From positions 224,001-288,000 of the forward strand of contig CBDFJF010000002.1 of assembly GCA_965248265.1 (NCBI GenBank): a DNA stretch of 64,000 nucleotides, read 5' to 3'. Under the pieces are notes generated by a model that searched no databases, was not told where the DNA came from, and saw only the letters and a list, made by a program, of their open reading frames with translations. Below are positions 40,011 to 49,822 of this stretch, piece after piece; position 1 is the stretch's first letter, and each line of letters begins with the position of its first letter. The stretch is from Candidatus Latescibacterota bacterium. GTDB lineage: Bacteria; Latescibacterota; UBA2968; UBA8231. A program made the position numbers and the translations under genes.

Positions 40011-42410
40011 GTGAAAGAAATGTTGCTGGTAGTGATGAGCACAGCTGTTTTCGGCGCGGCCGTGTGTCATGCTCAGATCATCGAGACCATTGCCGGAGGG
40101 TACATCGTCGATGGCGGACCAGCGGCGGAAGCGAACTTTCTCGAGCTCAACGCCGTTCACGGCGACGGAAGCGGCAATCTCTACCTCGCCGATGCTAACC
40201 GGATCCGCCGCATCGATGCCACCACGGGCGACATCACCACACTGGCCGGCAACGAAAATGTGGGTTACTCCGGCGATGGCGGGCCGGCTACGGAGGCCAG
40301 GATTTCGTTGCCTATTGCTGTGACAACGGATCCTGAAGGAAACGTCCTCTTTGCCGACTTGAACAACAACCGAATTCGCCGTATCGATGTGCACACGGGC
40401 ACCATCGAGACTCTTGCCGGCACAGGAACTGAGGGTTTTTCTGGTGATGGTGGACCAGCCATCGCTGCGGCGCTGGCTCGACCTCGCGCGGTAGTGGTGG
40501 ATGGGAGCGGCACTGTGTACCTGGCGGGCGAAAGTCTGAGAGTCCGCAGAATCGACGCAACGTCTGGGGTAATCAGCACCTACGCTGGTACGGGTTCCTT
40601 GACGCCTGACTATGAGGGTGGCGAGGGTGGGCCCGCTATCGAGGCCGATCTGGGTGTGATTCGGGCAATGGCGCTGGCCGCTGACGGGACGCTTTACTTC
40701 GACCTCAATCGTCGTGTCGTCGCCAAGATTGATCCCATCACAGGGACACTGTCCCGGATCGCCGGACAACACCAGCACACCAACTTAGACTCCGGAGATG
40801 GGGGTCCAGCGCTAGACGCGAAGCTGACCGCAGTCAATGCTCTGGCTGTGGACACGTCCGGGGATCTTTACGTGGCTACCAACTACCGAGTCCGTAAGGT
40901 CGACACCGAGACCGGTGTGATATCAACCATCGCAGGCGCCGGTTACGGCCCGTTCTCCGGCGACGGAGGTGCAGCCGTAGATGCCTACTTGAGCGATCCG
41001 GCTGGCCTCTGGGTCGACGCCGACGGCAACATCCTCGTGGCCGACCAGGGCAATCATCGCCTGCGACGTATCGAAGAGACGAGCGGGGTCATCACCACTG
41101 TAGCTGGCGGCCATGTCGGCGACGGCCGGACAGCCCTGGAGGCTTCGTTCTCCGGTGCGTTTTCCGTGGCGCCGAATGGCGACATCCTCATCGCCGACGA
41201 CATGAATTACCGAGTGCGCCGGATCGACGCGGAGAGTGGGCACATCTCGACCGTCGCAGGAACGGGAATCCAGCGGGAGACTTCTGGGTTGATCTCATCA
41301 GGTCCGGCTCGAGATGTGCGGTTGTGGCGCCCGCAGGACGTGGTCACGGACTCTCACGGCACCATCTATATCACAGACGGGCTCCAGGTACTGAGGCTGG
41401 ATCCGCAGACTGGTCAGCTGGCCGCGTTTGCGGGTAACGGACAACTGGGGGCCTATGGGGGTGACGGTAAGGCCGCCCTGGAGATCGCGATGGTTCCGAG
41501 CGCGATCGCCGCCGGACCACTCGGAGATCTTTACGTCTCCGGCCATAGCGTGGTGTCGCTCGATTGGGGTCGAGTCCTCAAAGTGGATGCTGCTACCGGC
41601 ATCATCTCGACAGTTGCCGGCGGCGACTCGTCAGGGTTCTCGGGCGATGGTGGTCCAGCCGTCGAGGCGCGGTTGCGCCCACCAAGAGATTTGTTGGTCA
41701 CTGGTGACGGCGACCTGTACATCGCCGATGGCAGCCGGGTTCGTTATGTGGACGGGGCTTCGGGACGGATTACGACGATCGCGGGCAATGGCGACTCAGA
41801 CTATCACGGCGATGGCGGTCCGGCAATCGAGGCCGGTCTCGAGGAGATCAGTGCGATGGCCTTGGACGATGGCGGGAACCTGTTTCTGTTTTCGGGTGTG
41901 AGGGTCCGCAAGGTCGACGCAAACACCGGTATCATCACCACCGTCGCCGGCAACGGGCAGCCCGGTGACTCCGGTGACGGGGGATCGGCCCTGGAAGCAA
42001 GCCTGTTTCCAGGCTCCCTCGGTGTGGACCGCAGCGGCGGGTTGCTGATCGGTGGATTGGGGCGTATCCGGCGGGTGGCCGAGGTTGCCACCGCCGTTGT
42101 CAACATGGAGTCAGTCTCGCAACGACCCCTGCGTGCTGCTCTCCACCAGAATTACCCCAACCCATTCAACTCGGGAACCAACATCCCTATTGATTTGCCG
42201 CGGTCGCAGAAGATCGAACTGCGGGTATACAATACGGCTGGTCAACGAGTAGCTACGCTGGCGTCAGGGCATCACACAACGGGTAACCACTCGTTGTACT
42301 GGGATGGACGCGATGATGAAGGGAGGGACCTGGCATCAGGCGTGTACCTCTATAGACTCATCACCGGCAGGGGGCAGGTACAAACACGAAAGTTTGTGCT
42401 CGTGCGGTAG
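40011..42410 (+). CDS. Secreted NHL-repeat beta-propeller protein with FlgD-Ig/C-terminal sorting domain
   Basis: Many GDGGPA/RIRRID repeats; LHQNYPNPFN...WDGRD...SGVYLY. Confidence 0.88.
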   Translation: MKEMLLVVMSTAVFGAAVCHAQIIETIAGGYIVDGGPAAEANFLELNAVHGDGSGNLYLADANRIRRIDATTGDITTLAGNENVGYSGDGGPATEARISLPIAVTTDPEGNVLFADLNNNRIRRIDVHTGTIETLAGTGTEGFSGDGGPAIAAALARPRAVVVDGSGTVYLAGESLRVRRIDATSGVISTYAGTGSLTPDYEGGEGGPAIEADLGVIRAMALAADGTLYFDLNRRVVAKIDPITGTLSRIAGQHQHTNLDSGDGGPALDAKLTAVNALAVDTSGDLYVATNYRVRKVDTETGVISTIAGAGYGPFSGDGGAAVDAYLSDPAGLWVDADGNILVADQGNHRLRRIEETSGVITTVAGGHVGDGRTALEASFSGAFSVAPNGDILIADDMNYRVRRIDAESGHISTVAGTGIQRETSGLISSGPARDVRLWRPQDVVTDSHGTIYITDGLQVLRLDPQTGQLAAFAGNGQLGAYGGDGKAALEIAMVPSAIAAGPLGDLYVSGHSVVSLDWGRVLKVDAATGIISTVAGGDSSGFSGDGGPAVEARLRPPRDLLVTGDGDLYIADGSRVRYVDGASGRITTIAGNGDSDYHGDGGPAIEAGLEEISAMALDDGGNLFLFSGVRVRKVDANTGIITTVAGNGQPGDSGDGGSALEASLFPGSLGVDRSGGLLIGGLGRIRRVAEVATAVVNMESVSQRPLRAALHQNYPNPFNSGTNIPIDLPRSQKIELRVYNTAGQRVATLASGHHTTGNHSLYWDGRDDEGRDLASGVYLYRLITGRGQVQTRKFVLVR

Positions 42411-42440
42411 TCCTCGAGCACTCTCCAATGTTCCAATTTG

Positions 42441-42932
42441 TCATTTGAGTTCGTAATCGCCTTCCCACTCGTAGGTCAGACCCTCCGCGGTAATACGCCC
42501 CGAGTAGGTACCGCTGCCGCTGGCGCCCGAGAACATCCCGGTTCCCCCGGTGAACTTCCATGTGCCTTCGAACGTGGTGTGCGGTGTGCCTTCGCTGTCG
42601 ATTACAGTGGTTGTCGTCCCCTCGTAAACCGCGAAGGCGAGGTCTCCATTGGCGTGAGTGACCTTCCTGTGTCCCCAATGCTCTCCCGAGCCGGCCGTGT
42701 AGTCTGAAACATTAATGTGCTGGACACGTGAGTTGTCGAAGTTGGGGTCATCGCTGCTATCGAGGTAGAGTGCGTTAGTCATGGTGATCTCGTGAGCCGG
42801 GTGGTCGCCGGGGAACATCTTGGTCTCGGCAGCGATTCCGATACCCACACCAGTGGCGCTGACTTTTTTGGCGTTTGCCTCGCCAACAAGGACGACCAAA
42901 CACATTGCCGCGACTACAGTAAATCTCAACAT
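42441..42932 (-). CDS. Secreted hypothetical beta-rich protein
   Basis: Signal peptide; GTWKFTGGTGMFSGASGSG motif. Confidence 0.65.
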   Translation of the reverse strand: MLRFTVVAAMCLVVLVGEANAKKVSATGVGIGIAAETKMFPGDHPAHEITMTNALYLDSSDDPNFDNSRVQHINVSDYTAGSGEHWGHRKVTHANGDLAFAVYEGTTTTVIDSEGTPHTTFEGTWKFTGGTGMFSGASGSGTYSGRITAEGLTYEWEGDYELK

Positions 42933-43027
42933 GGGAACCTCCTCGGGGCGGTAGGTGAGCGAAGTGGCGGGATCATACACATGGATTGGCTGGCCATCAA
43001 GACGTGGTGGAGGTTAGTTTTCGGCGC

Positions 43028-43981
43028 ATGATGGACTATCACACTCTTGGGCGCACAGGATTGCGGGTGTCATCGCTTGGTCTGGGCACCGTCGAGCTGG
43101 GGAGAGACTACGGTATCGAGGCACCGGGTCACTTCGGTCAACCCGCCGCGGCAGACGCCATTCGCCTGGTACACGCGGCTCTCGATGCCGGCATCAATTA
43201 TGTCGACACTGCGCGGGCGTACGGCGAGAGCGAGAAGGTGTTGGGCACGGCTCTGGATGGTCGGCGAGATCAGGTGGTGTTGGCGACGAAGGCCTTTACC
43301 CGTGATCCTGACGGCAATGCCCTAGCGGGGGACGCATTGCGACGCCATCTGTGCGATGAACTCAACACCAGCCTGGAGCTGCTGAAGACAGATTACCTCG
43401 ACCTGTGGCAGCTACACAATCTGGATGCCAATGTGCTGGACCAGATCGATGTGGTGGCTGAGGTGTTTGGCGAGGCGCAGCAGACCGGCAAGGTGCGCTG
43501 GACCGGGGCTTCTGGCTACGGCACCGAGTACCCGTTTCTGGCGCTGGAAACAGATGTCTTCGATGTGCTGCAGGTGCCCTACTCCGTGTTAGATCAACGC
43601 CTCAACGACGAGGTCATTCCCATGGCGGAGCAAAAGGGCGTGGGAATTGTTTCGCGCTCGATTCTGCTCAAGGGAGCACTGACTCCCAAGGCAGACCACT
43701 TGCCTGATCGACTCGAGACACTACGATCTCATTCACGCCGTTTCCGCGATCTGGTAGAGGCCTCCGAACTGGAGTTGACACCGGTACAGGTCGCTATCGC
43801 TTTCGGTCTGGCTCATCCGAAGATATCCACGGTGCTCGTAGGGGTCCGTACTGAGCAAGAACTGGGGGAAAACCTGAAGGCTGCAGAATGCTCCCTTGCA
43901 GAGGATTTGCTTGCGTCTCTTCGTGAGTTGCGCCTGAATGATCCGGACCTGCTAAATCCGGGTACCTGGGGAATTCCCTGA
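43028..43981 (+). CDS. Aldo/keto reductase
   Basis: GINYVDTARAYG, LATK, YLDLWQLH. Confidence 0.9.
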   Translation: MMDYHTLGRTGLRVSSLGLGTVELGRDYGIEAPGHFGQPAAADAIRLVHAALDAGINYVDTARAYGESEKVLGTALDGRRDQVVLATKAFTRDPDGNALAGDALRRHLCDELNTSLELLKTDYLDLWQLHNLDANVLDQIDVVAEVFGEAQQTGKVRWTGASGYGTEYPFLALETDVFDVLQVPYSVLDQRLNDEVIPMAEQKGVGIVSRSILLKGALTPKADHLPDRLETLRSHSRRFRDLVEASELELTPVQVAIAFGLAHPKISTVLVGVRTEQELGENLKAAECSLAEDLLASLRELRLNDPDLLNPGTWGIP

Positions 43982-44917
43982 GCAACAGCCAAACATCGCA
44001 AAGTCATAGGCCGAACGGGCAATCTGCGCGATCACCTGCGCCGACTCCGGTGCCCCGATGAAATCGCTGGCCGAGACGGCCTTGACGAAAACGGCCACGA
44101 TGGCGTGACCGCCACTCGGTAGTGTGACGATTCCCACATCATTGGCGCAGGCTCTGGGAATGGTGCCGGTCTTGTGTGCGACGGTAATTCCAGGCGGTAG
44201 CAGCCCGCGCATCCGGTCCTGGCCCGTGTCGCATCGTTCCATGATGTCGAGGAGAACCTTGGTGCTGGACGGGCTCACCAGCTCTCCTCCCAGCAGCTGC
44301 TGCAGCAGATCCACCATCGCTTCGGGAGTCGAGGTGTCTCTGGGATCAATCAAGAACCGATCGGCCGGCTCGTCGTCAGGATCCTTTTCAAACACGCTTT
44401 CCTGGTTTTCACACAGAAAATCGTACGACCATTGTCCGTCTGGAACTCGATCGGTCACGCCGAAGGCATCGGTGAGCAACAGCTTGGCGGGGCGGTCGAT
44501 GCGCATGCCGTGGATGCCCCTGGCATGCAGGTAATCATTCATGGCCTGCTGCCCACCGGCGAGTTCGAGCATCTTGTCGGTGGCGGTGTTGTCGCTGATC
44601 GTCATCGCCAGGTTGATCAGGTTGTGCACGGACATGGCCAGCCCCGGATGGTGCAGGTGTTTCCTGAGCAGGCCACTGCCGGGACTGAGTTCGTCCTGAT
44701 CGATGGCGATCATGTCGTCGAGTCCGATCGCGCCGTCGTCGACCAGACTCAGGAGCCTGGCCGCCATGGCGATTTTGTAGGTACTGGCCATCGGAAATCC
44801 CTGTCCCTGGTTGAGGATCAGGCGTTGCCCGGAGCGTGGATGCAGGAACCCGAATCCAACCACGGCGCCGGAGGTGTCGGCGATGCGGGTGACTTCCTCA
44901 GCAAGCTGGGTAGTCAT
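43952..44917 (-). CDS. Class A beta-lactamase-like serine hydrolase, no signal peptide
   Basis: ASTYK, SDN, HKTG, NDVGIV. Confidence 0.85.
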   Translation of the reverse strand: MTTQLAEEVTRIADTSGAVVGFGFLHPRSGQRLILNQGQGFPMASTYKIAMAARLLSLVDDGAIGLDDMIAIDQDELSPGSGLLRKHLHHPGLAMSVHNLINLAMTISDNTATDKMLELAGGQQAMNDYLHARGIHGMRIDRPAKLLLTDAFGVTDRVPDGQWSYDFLCENQESVFEKDPDDEPADRFLIDPRDTSTPEAMVDLLQQLLGGELVSPSSTKVLLDIMERCDTGQDRMRGLLPPGITVAHKTGTIPRACANDVGIVTLPSGGHAIVAVFVKAVSASDFIGAPESAQVIAQIARSAYDFAMFGCCSGNSPGTRI

Positions 44918-45954
44918 GCTGCTGCCGCCACCGTGCGAAAGGCTTCGACGGTATAGTCGACGTCGTCGCGAGTCAGGTGGCGGTGAAGGACGAGTCTCAA
45001 GTCGTTCGGGGGCCGCTTGATTACCAACACACCCTGCGCCTGCACCCGCTCACTCAGTTCCTCGCTCGACCAGCCCAGCTCGGTTGCCTGGACCATGACG
45101 AAGTTGGTCGGATTCGGCGGCTGGCGCGGAGTGATGCCGTTGATGGTCTGCAATCCTTCGCACAACAGGCGTGCGTGCTCGTGATCCTCTGCGAGCCGGT
45201 CGACCATCTTTTCCAGAGCAATGATCCCAGCGGAGGCGATGGTGCCAGCCTGGCGCATGGTTCCACCGATGCCGCTGCGCAGTTTGCGGGCATCTGCGAT
45301 GAAATCAGCGCCTCCGCACAAAAGCGAGCCCACGGGTGCGCTCAGTCCTTTGGAGACGCAGAACATGACGGAGTCGACGTGCAGGGCGTAGTCGCTGGCG
45401 TCGACGCCAAGGGCAACGCAGGAATTGAAGAGGCGCGCCCCGTCCATGTGAATCTTGAGGCCGTGACCACGTGCAGCGGTCGTCGCCGCCTCAACCTCGT
45501 CGAGCTGCCAGGCGTAGCCGCCGCTGAAGTTGTGGCTGTTCTCGATGAACAGCAGGCTCGGGTTACCGTCTTGATCTCGAACGGACTTCACGAGTTCAGC
45601 AAGTAAGTCCTGGTCAATGACGCCGAATGGGGTGGCAAAGGTAGACGGTGTGACCCCGCCGGTGGTGTGAAACGGCTGGCGTCCCATCACGTGGGCGCGC
45701 TCGTGGCAGAAGAAGGTGTCCCCCGGTTCGGTATGGAGGAGCAGCGCCAAGCCGTTGGCCATCGATCCTGTTGGCAGCAGCAATGCGGCTTCCATGCCCA
45801 GTTTTTCGGCGGCCAGATCCTGCAGGCGGTTGACGGTCGGATCCTCGCCGAAGGCGTCGTCGCCGACTTCCGCCACCTTCATGGCCTCACGCATTTCATC
45901 CGTCGGACGTGTGATGGTGTCGCTCCTCAGGTCTACGGTGCGCGGTGCCATCAC
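44914..45954 (-). CDS. ltaE: Low-specificity threonine aldolase family (PLP)
   Basis: DLRSDTIT, GEDPTV, HMDGAR, SKGLSAPVGS. Confidence 0.85.
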   Translation of the reverse strand: MMAPRTVDLRSDTITRPTDEMREAMKVAEVGDDAFGEDPTVNRLQDLAAEKLGMEAALLLPTGSMANGLALLLHTEPGDTFFCHERAHVMGRQPFHTTGGVTPSTFATPFGVIDQDLLAELVKSVRDQDGNPSLLFIENSHNFSGGYAWQLDEVEAATTAARGHGLKIHMDGARLFNSCVALGVDASDYALHVDSVMFCVSKGLSAPVGSLLCGGADFIADARKLRSGIGGTMRQAGTIASAGIIALEKMVDRLAEDHEHARLLCEGLQTINGITPRQPPNPTNFVMVQATELGWSSEELSERVQAQGVLVIKRPPNDLRLVLHRHLTRDDVDYTVEAFRTVAAAA

Positions 45955-46892
45955 TCCTCCTCTTCCTCCGTCACGTTTTCGGGAGAAAAGGCGGCTGCCG
46001 CCATGCGCGTGACGCGAGCGATGGCGAGGGACCCCAGCTCGGCGTTGTTACCGGGTCGCCCCAGCGCAAAACCTGCGACGACCAACGGTCCGGACGGCAG
46101 GTAGACGATGCCGACATTCCCCTTGATGATGCCGCTCGAGCCGTACTTGTGAGCGATGGTGATATCCGGGTTGATGTAGCGAGGGATCATGCGGCGGTCG
46201 CGCCCTTCTTTGAGCATGCCGAGCATGGTCGCTGAACTCTCGGCGCTGAGCATCTGCCCCAGATGGATCTTCTTGAGCATGTCCGCCATCTCGCTGGGGG
46301 CAGCCACGTTGTTCTCGGGAGAATCAGTGTAGGAGATGCTTTCGTAGTCGTGGCCGTTGGCCTTGGCGTTTTCCTTTTGCAATACGTCGTTCGCGGGGCA
46401 CGTCGGCACATCGTCGCTCAGTCCCGCCATGCGATAGTGATAGCGCCCCATCGTCACCGAGGTCCGCGTCTGGGTATAGCCCATGTCATCGAGCATGGCG
46501 TTGACGGCTCCGTCCCCGACGGCGTCCATCAAGACGCCCATCAAAAAGTCGGTCGCCGTGTTGTCGCTGACTGTGATCATCATCCGGCAGTAATCCCGCA
46601 GTGTCAGCTCGGGCGCATCCTGCGTCGTGTCGAGTACCTGCGAGCCGCCACGGCATATATTCCCGCCTTCGAACCGGCGACGGTCGTCCAGCGACAGCTG
46701 GCCGGCCTCGGCCTGGCGGAACAGCTCCATCATCACCGTCACCTTGCAGACGCTGGCGGTGGGGAAGCGCTCGCTGTCGTGGTAGGCGTACACAGCGCCG
46801 CTGTCGAGCTCTTCGACGTGGATGCCGAAGCGTCCGTCGAATTCCTCACCGACGCGATCCATCTCCGCTTTGGGAAACACGTGCTCAGCCAT
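45951..46892 (-). CDS. Beta-lactamase-like serine hydrolase, no signal peptide
   Basis: ASVCK, SDN, HKYG. Confidence 0.85.
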   Translation of the reverse strand: MAEHVFPKAEMDRVGEEFDGRFGIHVEELDSGAVYAYHDSERFPTASVCKVTVMMELFRQAEAGQLSLDDRRRFEGGNICRGGSQVLDTTQDAPELTLRDYCRMMITVSDNTATDFLMGVLMDAVGDGAVNAMLDDMGYTQTRTSVTMGRYHYRMAGLSDDVPTCPANDVLQKENAKANGHDYESISYTDSPENNVAAPSEMADMLKKIHLGQMLSAESSATMLGMLKEGRDRRMIPRYINPDITIAHKYGSSGIIKGNVGIVYLPSGPLVVAGFALGRPGNNAELGSLAIARVTRMAAAAFSPENVTEEEEE

Positions 46893-46971
46893 AGATCACG
46901 ATCCTTTCTGTGAATACCAGAGCACAGGTCTACCGACGCGCAGCACCATGCCAATGCGAACGTCTTGCATT

Positions 46972-47769
46972 TCAGGAGACATCGGCACTGATGATGAGGT
47001 GCTCGACCCAGTCGTCGCTGTCATTGGTCAGACCGTGGGGGACGCTCGGAGGTCCGTAGACGGCATCGCCGTCCCGCACATCGATGGTTTCGTCGCCGAC
47101 GATCATCTTGGCCCGGCCTTCGGTGAAGTAGTAGACCTGCTCCATGTTGGCGTGCGAATGCGGTTTGGTTTCCAGGCCGGGCTGGAGTCGATGGATCGTC
47201 ACTTTCTTGATGCCCTCTACTGGCGCCTCGTTGTAGGACCTGCCTTCGGCACCCTTGGGGGCGAAGATGGACCACAGTAGTGCCGCGCCGTGAGAGATAT
47301 GGGGCTGGCTGTCGAGCCAGTTGCGATGGGCGATCGGCAGCTTGGAGCCGTGAGCACCATTGGCCGCAATCGCCTCCTTGTTTTTCGCCTGCCGTTCCTG
47401 CGATTCGGGCAGACCGTTGATGATGAGGTGTTCGAGCCACTCGTCGGTGTCGTTGATCATCTGATGGTGGCAGGTCGTGGGGATGCAGACGGCGTCGCCC
47501 TTCCTCACCTGGTAGATGACCTCGTCGATGTTGAGCTTGCCGTTACCGCGGGTGAAGTAATAGACTTGCTCGCGATCGAAGTGGACGTGGTTGTCGCCCG
47601 ATTTACCGGGCTGGATCTGGTGGAGGGTGAGCGCCTGGAACCCCTGCAGGACGGCCTGGTCCGGTGGTGCGTCGTCTCGCAGCCCTACCATGTGGAAGTA
47701 TGGCCATACGATGGCGGTCTCGTGGGCGATGTTGGGTACGATTCCTCTCCAATTGCGGACGGCTGCCAT
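46972..47769 (-). CDS. Bicupin protein
   Basis: Two HxH..EQVYYFTxG repeats. Confidence 0.85.
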   Translation of the reverse strand: MAAVRNWRGIVPNIAHETAIVWPYFHMVGLRDDAPPDQAVLQGFQALTLHQIQPGKSGDNHVHFDREQVYYFTRGNGKLNIDEVIYQVRKGDAVCIPTTCHHQMINDTDEWLEHLIINGLPESQERQAKNKEAIAANGAHGSKLPIAHRNWLDSQPHISHGAALLWSIFAPKGAEGRSYNEAPVEGIKKVTIHRLQPGLETKPHSHANMEQVYYFTEGRAKMIVGDETIDVRDGDAVYGPPSVPHGLTNDSDDWVEHLIISADVS

Positions 47770-47861
47770 GGTTTCTCCCTTGCTTTCTTTGAATGGTTTC
47801 GGACTCAGTGTACGGCATGAGGAGACCGGGCACCACGATTGAGCGGCGAGGTGACTTTCAA

Positions 47862-48845
47862 ATGGAATACAGGATGATCGGCAATACTGACATGAAGGTC
47901 TCCGTCATCGGGCTGGGGACCTGGCCCATGGGTGGGATCGACGGCGGTGTCATCGGCGAGAGCAAGAAGGTGCAGAAGCTAGGTTGGTCGGGCGCGGTCG
48001 ACGAAGAGTCGATGAAGACGGTGCGCAGGGCCGAGGAGTTGGGGGTCAACTTCCTGCACAGCTCCGAGGCCTACGGCGGCGGCCATGCCGAGACCGTGCT
48101 GGGTACAGCGCTAAAGGGTCGCCGCGACCGATTCATCGTGGCGACCAAGGTGCGTCCGATCATGGAGAATGGAGATGAGACCGCGGCTCGCCAGCGCATC
48201 CACGAGGCATTGGAGGGCAGCCTGCGACGGCTGCAGACCGACTACATCGACATCCACCAGCTGCACTCGTTTCCGCACAAGGACACGACGGCAGCCGTCA
48301 TGGAGGAGTACTCCAAACTCCAGCAGCAGGGGAAGGTGCGGCACGTGGCGATTTCGGCTACCGATCCCCAGCGGATTCGTGAGCTCAAGGGCCTCGGTGA
48401 CCTGGTAGCCATCATGTTCGGACAGAATTTGATGACGGCGCGCAACGACGAGGCCTTCGACCTTGCCGCGCGATTGAATATAGGGACCATAATCCTCAGC
48501 TCTCTGCATCAGGGGGTACTGGCCGGTCAGTGGTTCGGCAAGGTGCCCGACATCGGTCCGAACGACAAACGCTACGCCAATTTTACCTCGCCGGAAGCGA
48601 TCAAGGCTTTAGGAGTCCTCAAGGAGTTGGAGTTCCTGACTCAGGACGGAAAGCGCACGATGGCCCAGGCGGCGTTTCGCTATCTCATCGACATGCCCGG
48701 CGTCACCTCCATCCTCACCGGCGCACTGCGACCCGATCAGATCGAGGAGAATGTCCGTGCTCTTGAGACACCTCGGCTGACGGCAACGGAGACTGAGCGC
48801 GCTCTGGCAATTACGGCGGAGGCGACGAAGGTGTGGCAGGGGTAG
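47862..48845 (+). CDS. Aldo/keto reductase
   Basis: IGLGTWPMGG, VATK, SLRRLQTDYIDIHQLH. Confidence 0.9.
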   Translation: MEYRMIGNTDMKVSVIGLGTWPMGGIDGGVIGESKKVQKLGWSGAVDEESMKTVRRAEELGVNFLHSSEAYGGGHAETVLGTALKGRRDRFIVATKVRPIMENGDETAARQRIHEALEGSLRRLQTDYIDIHQLHSFPHKDTTAAVMEEYSKLQQQGKVRHVAISATDPQRIRELKGLGDLVAIMFGQNLMTARNDEAFDLAARLNIGTIILSSLHQGVLAGQWFGKVPDIGPNDKRYANFTSPEAIKALGVLKELEFLTQDGKRTMAQAAFRYLIDMPGVTSILTGALRPDQIEENVRALETPRLTATETERALAITAEATKVWQG

Positions 48846-48853
48846 GGAGGGAT

Positions 48854-49810
48854 CTACTCGATCGGAACCGGTCGGGAGTGGTTGACGTATAGCTCTTCGT
48901 CCGCGGGATGGATGACTTCGGAGATCTTGATCGTCGTCTTGCCGTGCGGCCCGGTGAACGGTACTCCCAAATACTTGGGTTCTTCCCCCACGAACAGGAC
49001 CACAGGTTGGTCCTTCTGAGCGTCGAGTTGTAGGACGTCACCCACCTGGGCCCGGCGGGCTTCGCCCACTGACAACTGGCCGCGACCCAGTTCCGCGCGT
49101 ACGGGCAGGTGGGTCTTTTCGAGACGGCGCTTGTTGCCACGGATCGTCTCCTCGCGGTTCTGGCGTCCCTGACGCACATAGGTCTGCTGACCCAAACGTG
49201 GCAGAATGGATTCCAGTGTGAAGAACGGGTAGCACAGGCTGATCAGGCCCGAAGCGTTTGACGAGCTGACCTCGAAGGCCAGCAGAATGACGATCTCGGA
49301 CGCCGCCGTGATCTGCATGAACTCCGGATTGGTCTCCAGCTCGATGTCGCTGATCTCCACTCTGAGGATGGGTTCCCACGTCGCCTCGAGATCTTCAATG
49401 GTGCGCTTGACGATTTTGGCGAAGATGCCCATCTCAATCTGCGACAGCTGCCGCGCGTCCACACCTGCCGACGAGCCCTTGCCTCCGAAAACGCGATCGA
49501 CGGACGAAAACACTATCGGCATGACGAAATCGAGGATGGCCTGCCCGTTGGTTGGCCCCAGGGTGAACTGATAGGAGCAACTCGGGTTCGACAGCGAATT
49601 GATGAACTCGGCATAAGTTGTCTGGTCGACGAAGGCCGTGTCCACGTCGACGACCTGACGCATGGCACCCGAGAACGTCGAGCTCAGAAGACGGGCGAAG
49701 TTGTCGTGCAGGTTTTCCAGCGTGCGCAGCTGGTCTTTGTTGACCCGCGCCGGATGCTTGAAGTCATAACTGGTGATGATGCGATTGGCGTTCATTTCGG
49801 TATTGGCCAT
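48854..49810 (-). CDS. fliM: Flagellar switch protein FliM-like, lacking the N-terminal CheY-binding peptide
   Basis: YDFKHPARVNKDQLRTLENLHDNFAR, ETNPEF, C-terminal SpoA domain. Confidence 0.85.
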   Translation of the reverse strand: MANTEMNANRIITSYDFKHPARVNKDQLRTLENLHDNFARLLSSTFSGAMRQVVDVDTAFVDQTTYAEFINSLSNPSCSYQFTLGPTNGQAILDFVMPIVFSSVDRVFGGKGSSAGVDARQLSQIEMGIFAKIVKRTIEDLEATWEPILRVEISDIELETNPEFMQITAASEIVILLAFEVSSSNASGLISLCYPFFTLESILPRLGQQTYVRQGRQNREETIRGNKRRLEKTHLPVRAELGRGQLSVGEARRAQVGDVLQLDAQKDQPVVLFVGEEPKYLGVPFTGPHGKTTIKISEVIHPADEELYVNHSRPVPIE

Positions 49811-49822
49811 GGCGTCTTTCTC

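Noticed and set aside
43952-46892. Antibiotic-resistance beta-lactamases
   Set aside because: No export signal, no clear Glu166, and a metabolic operon context; function unproven.
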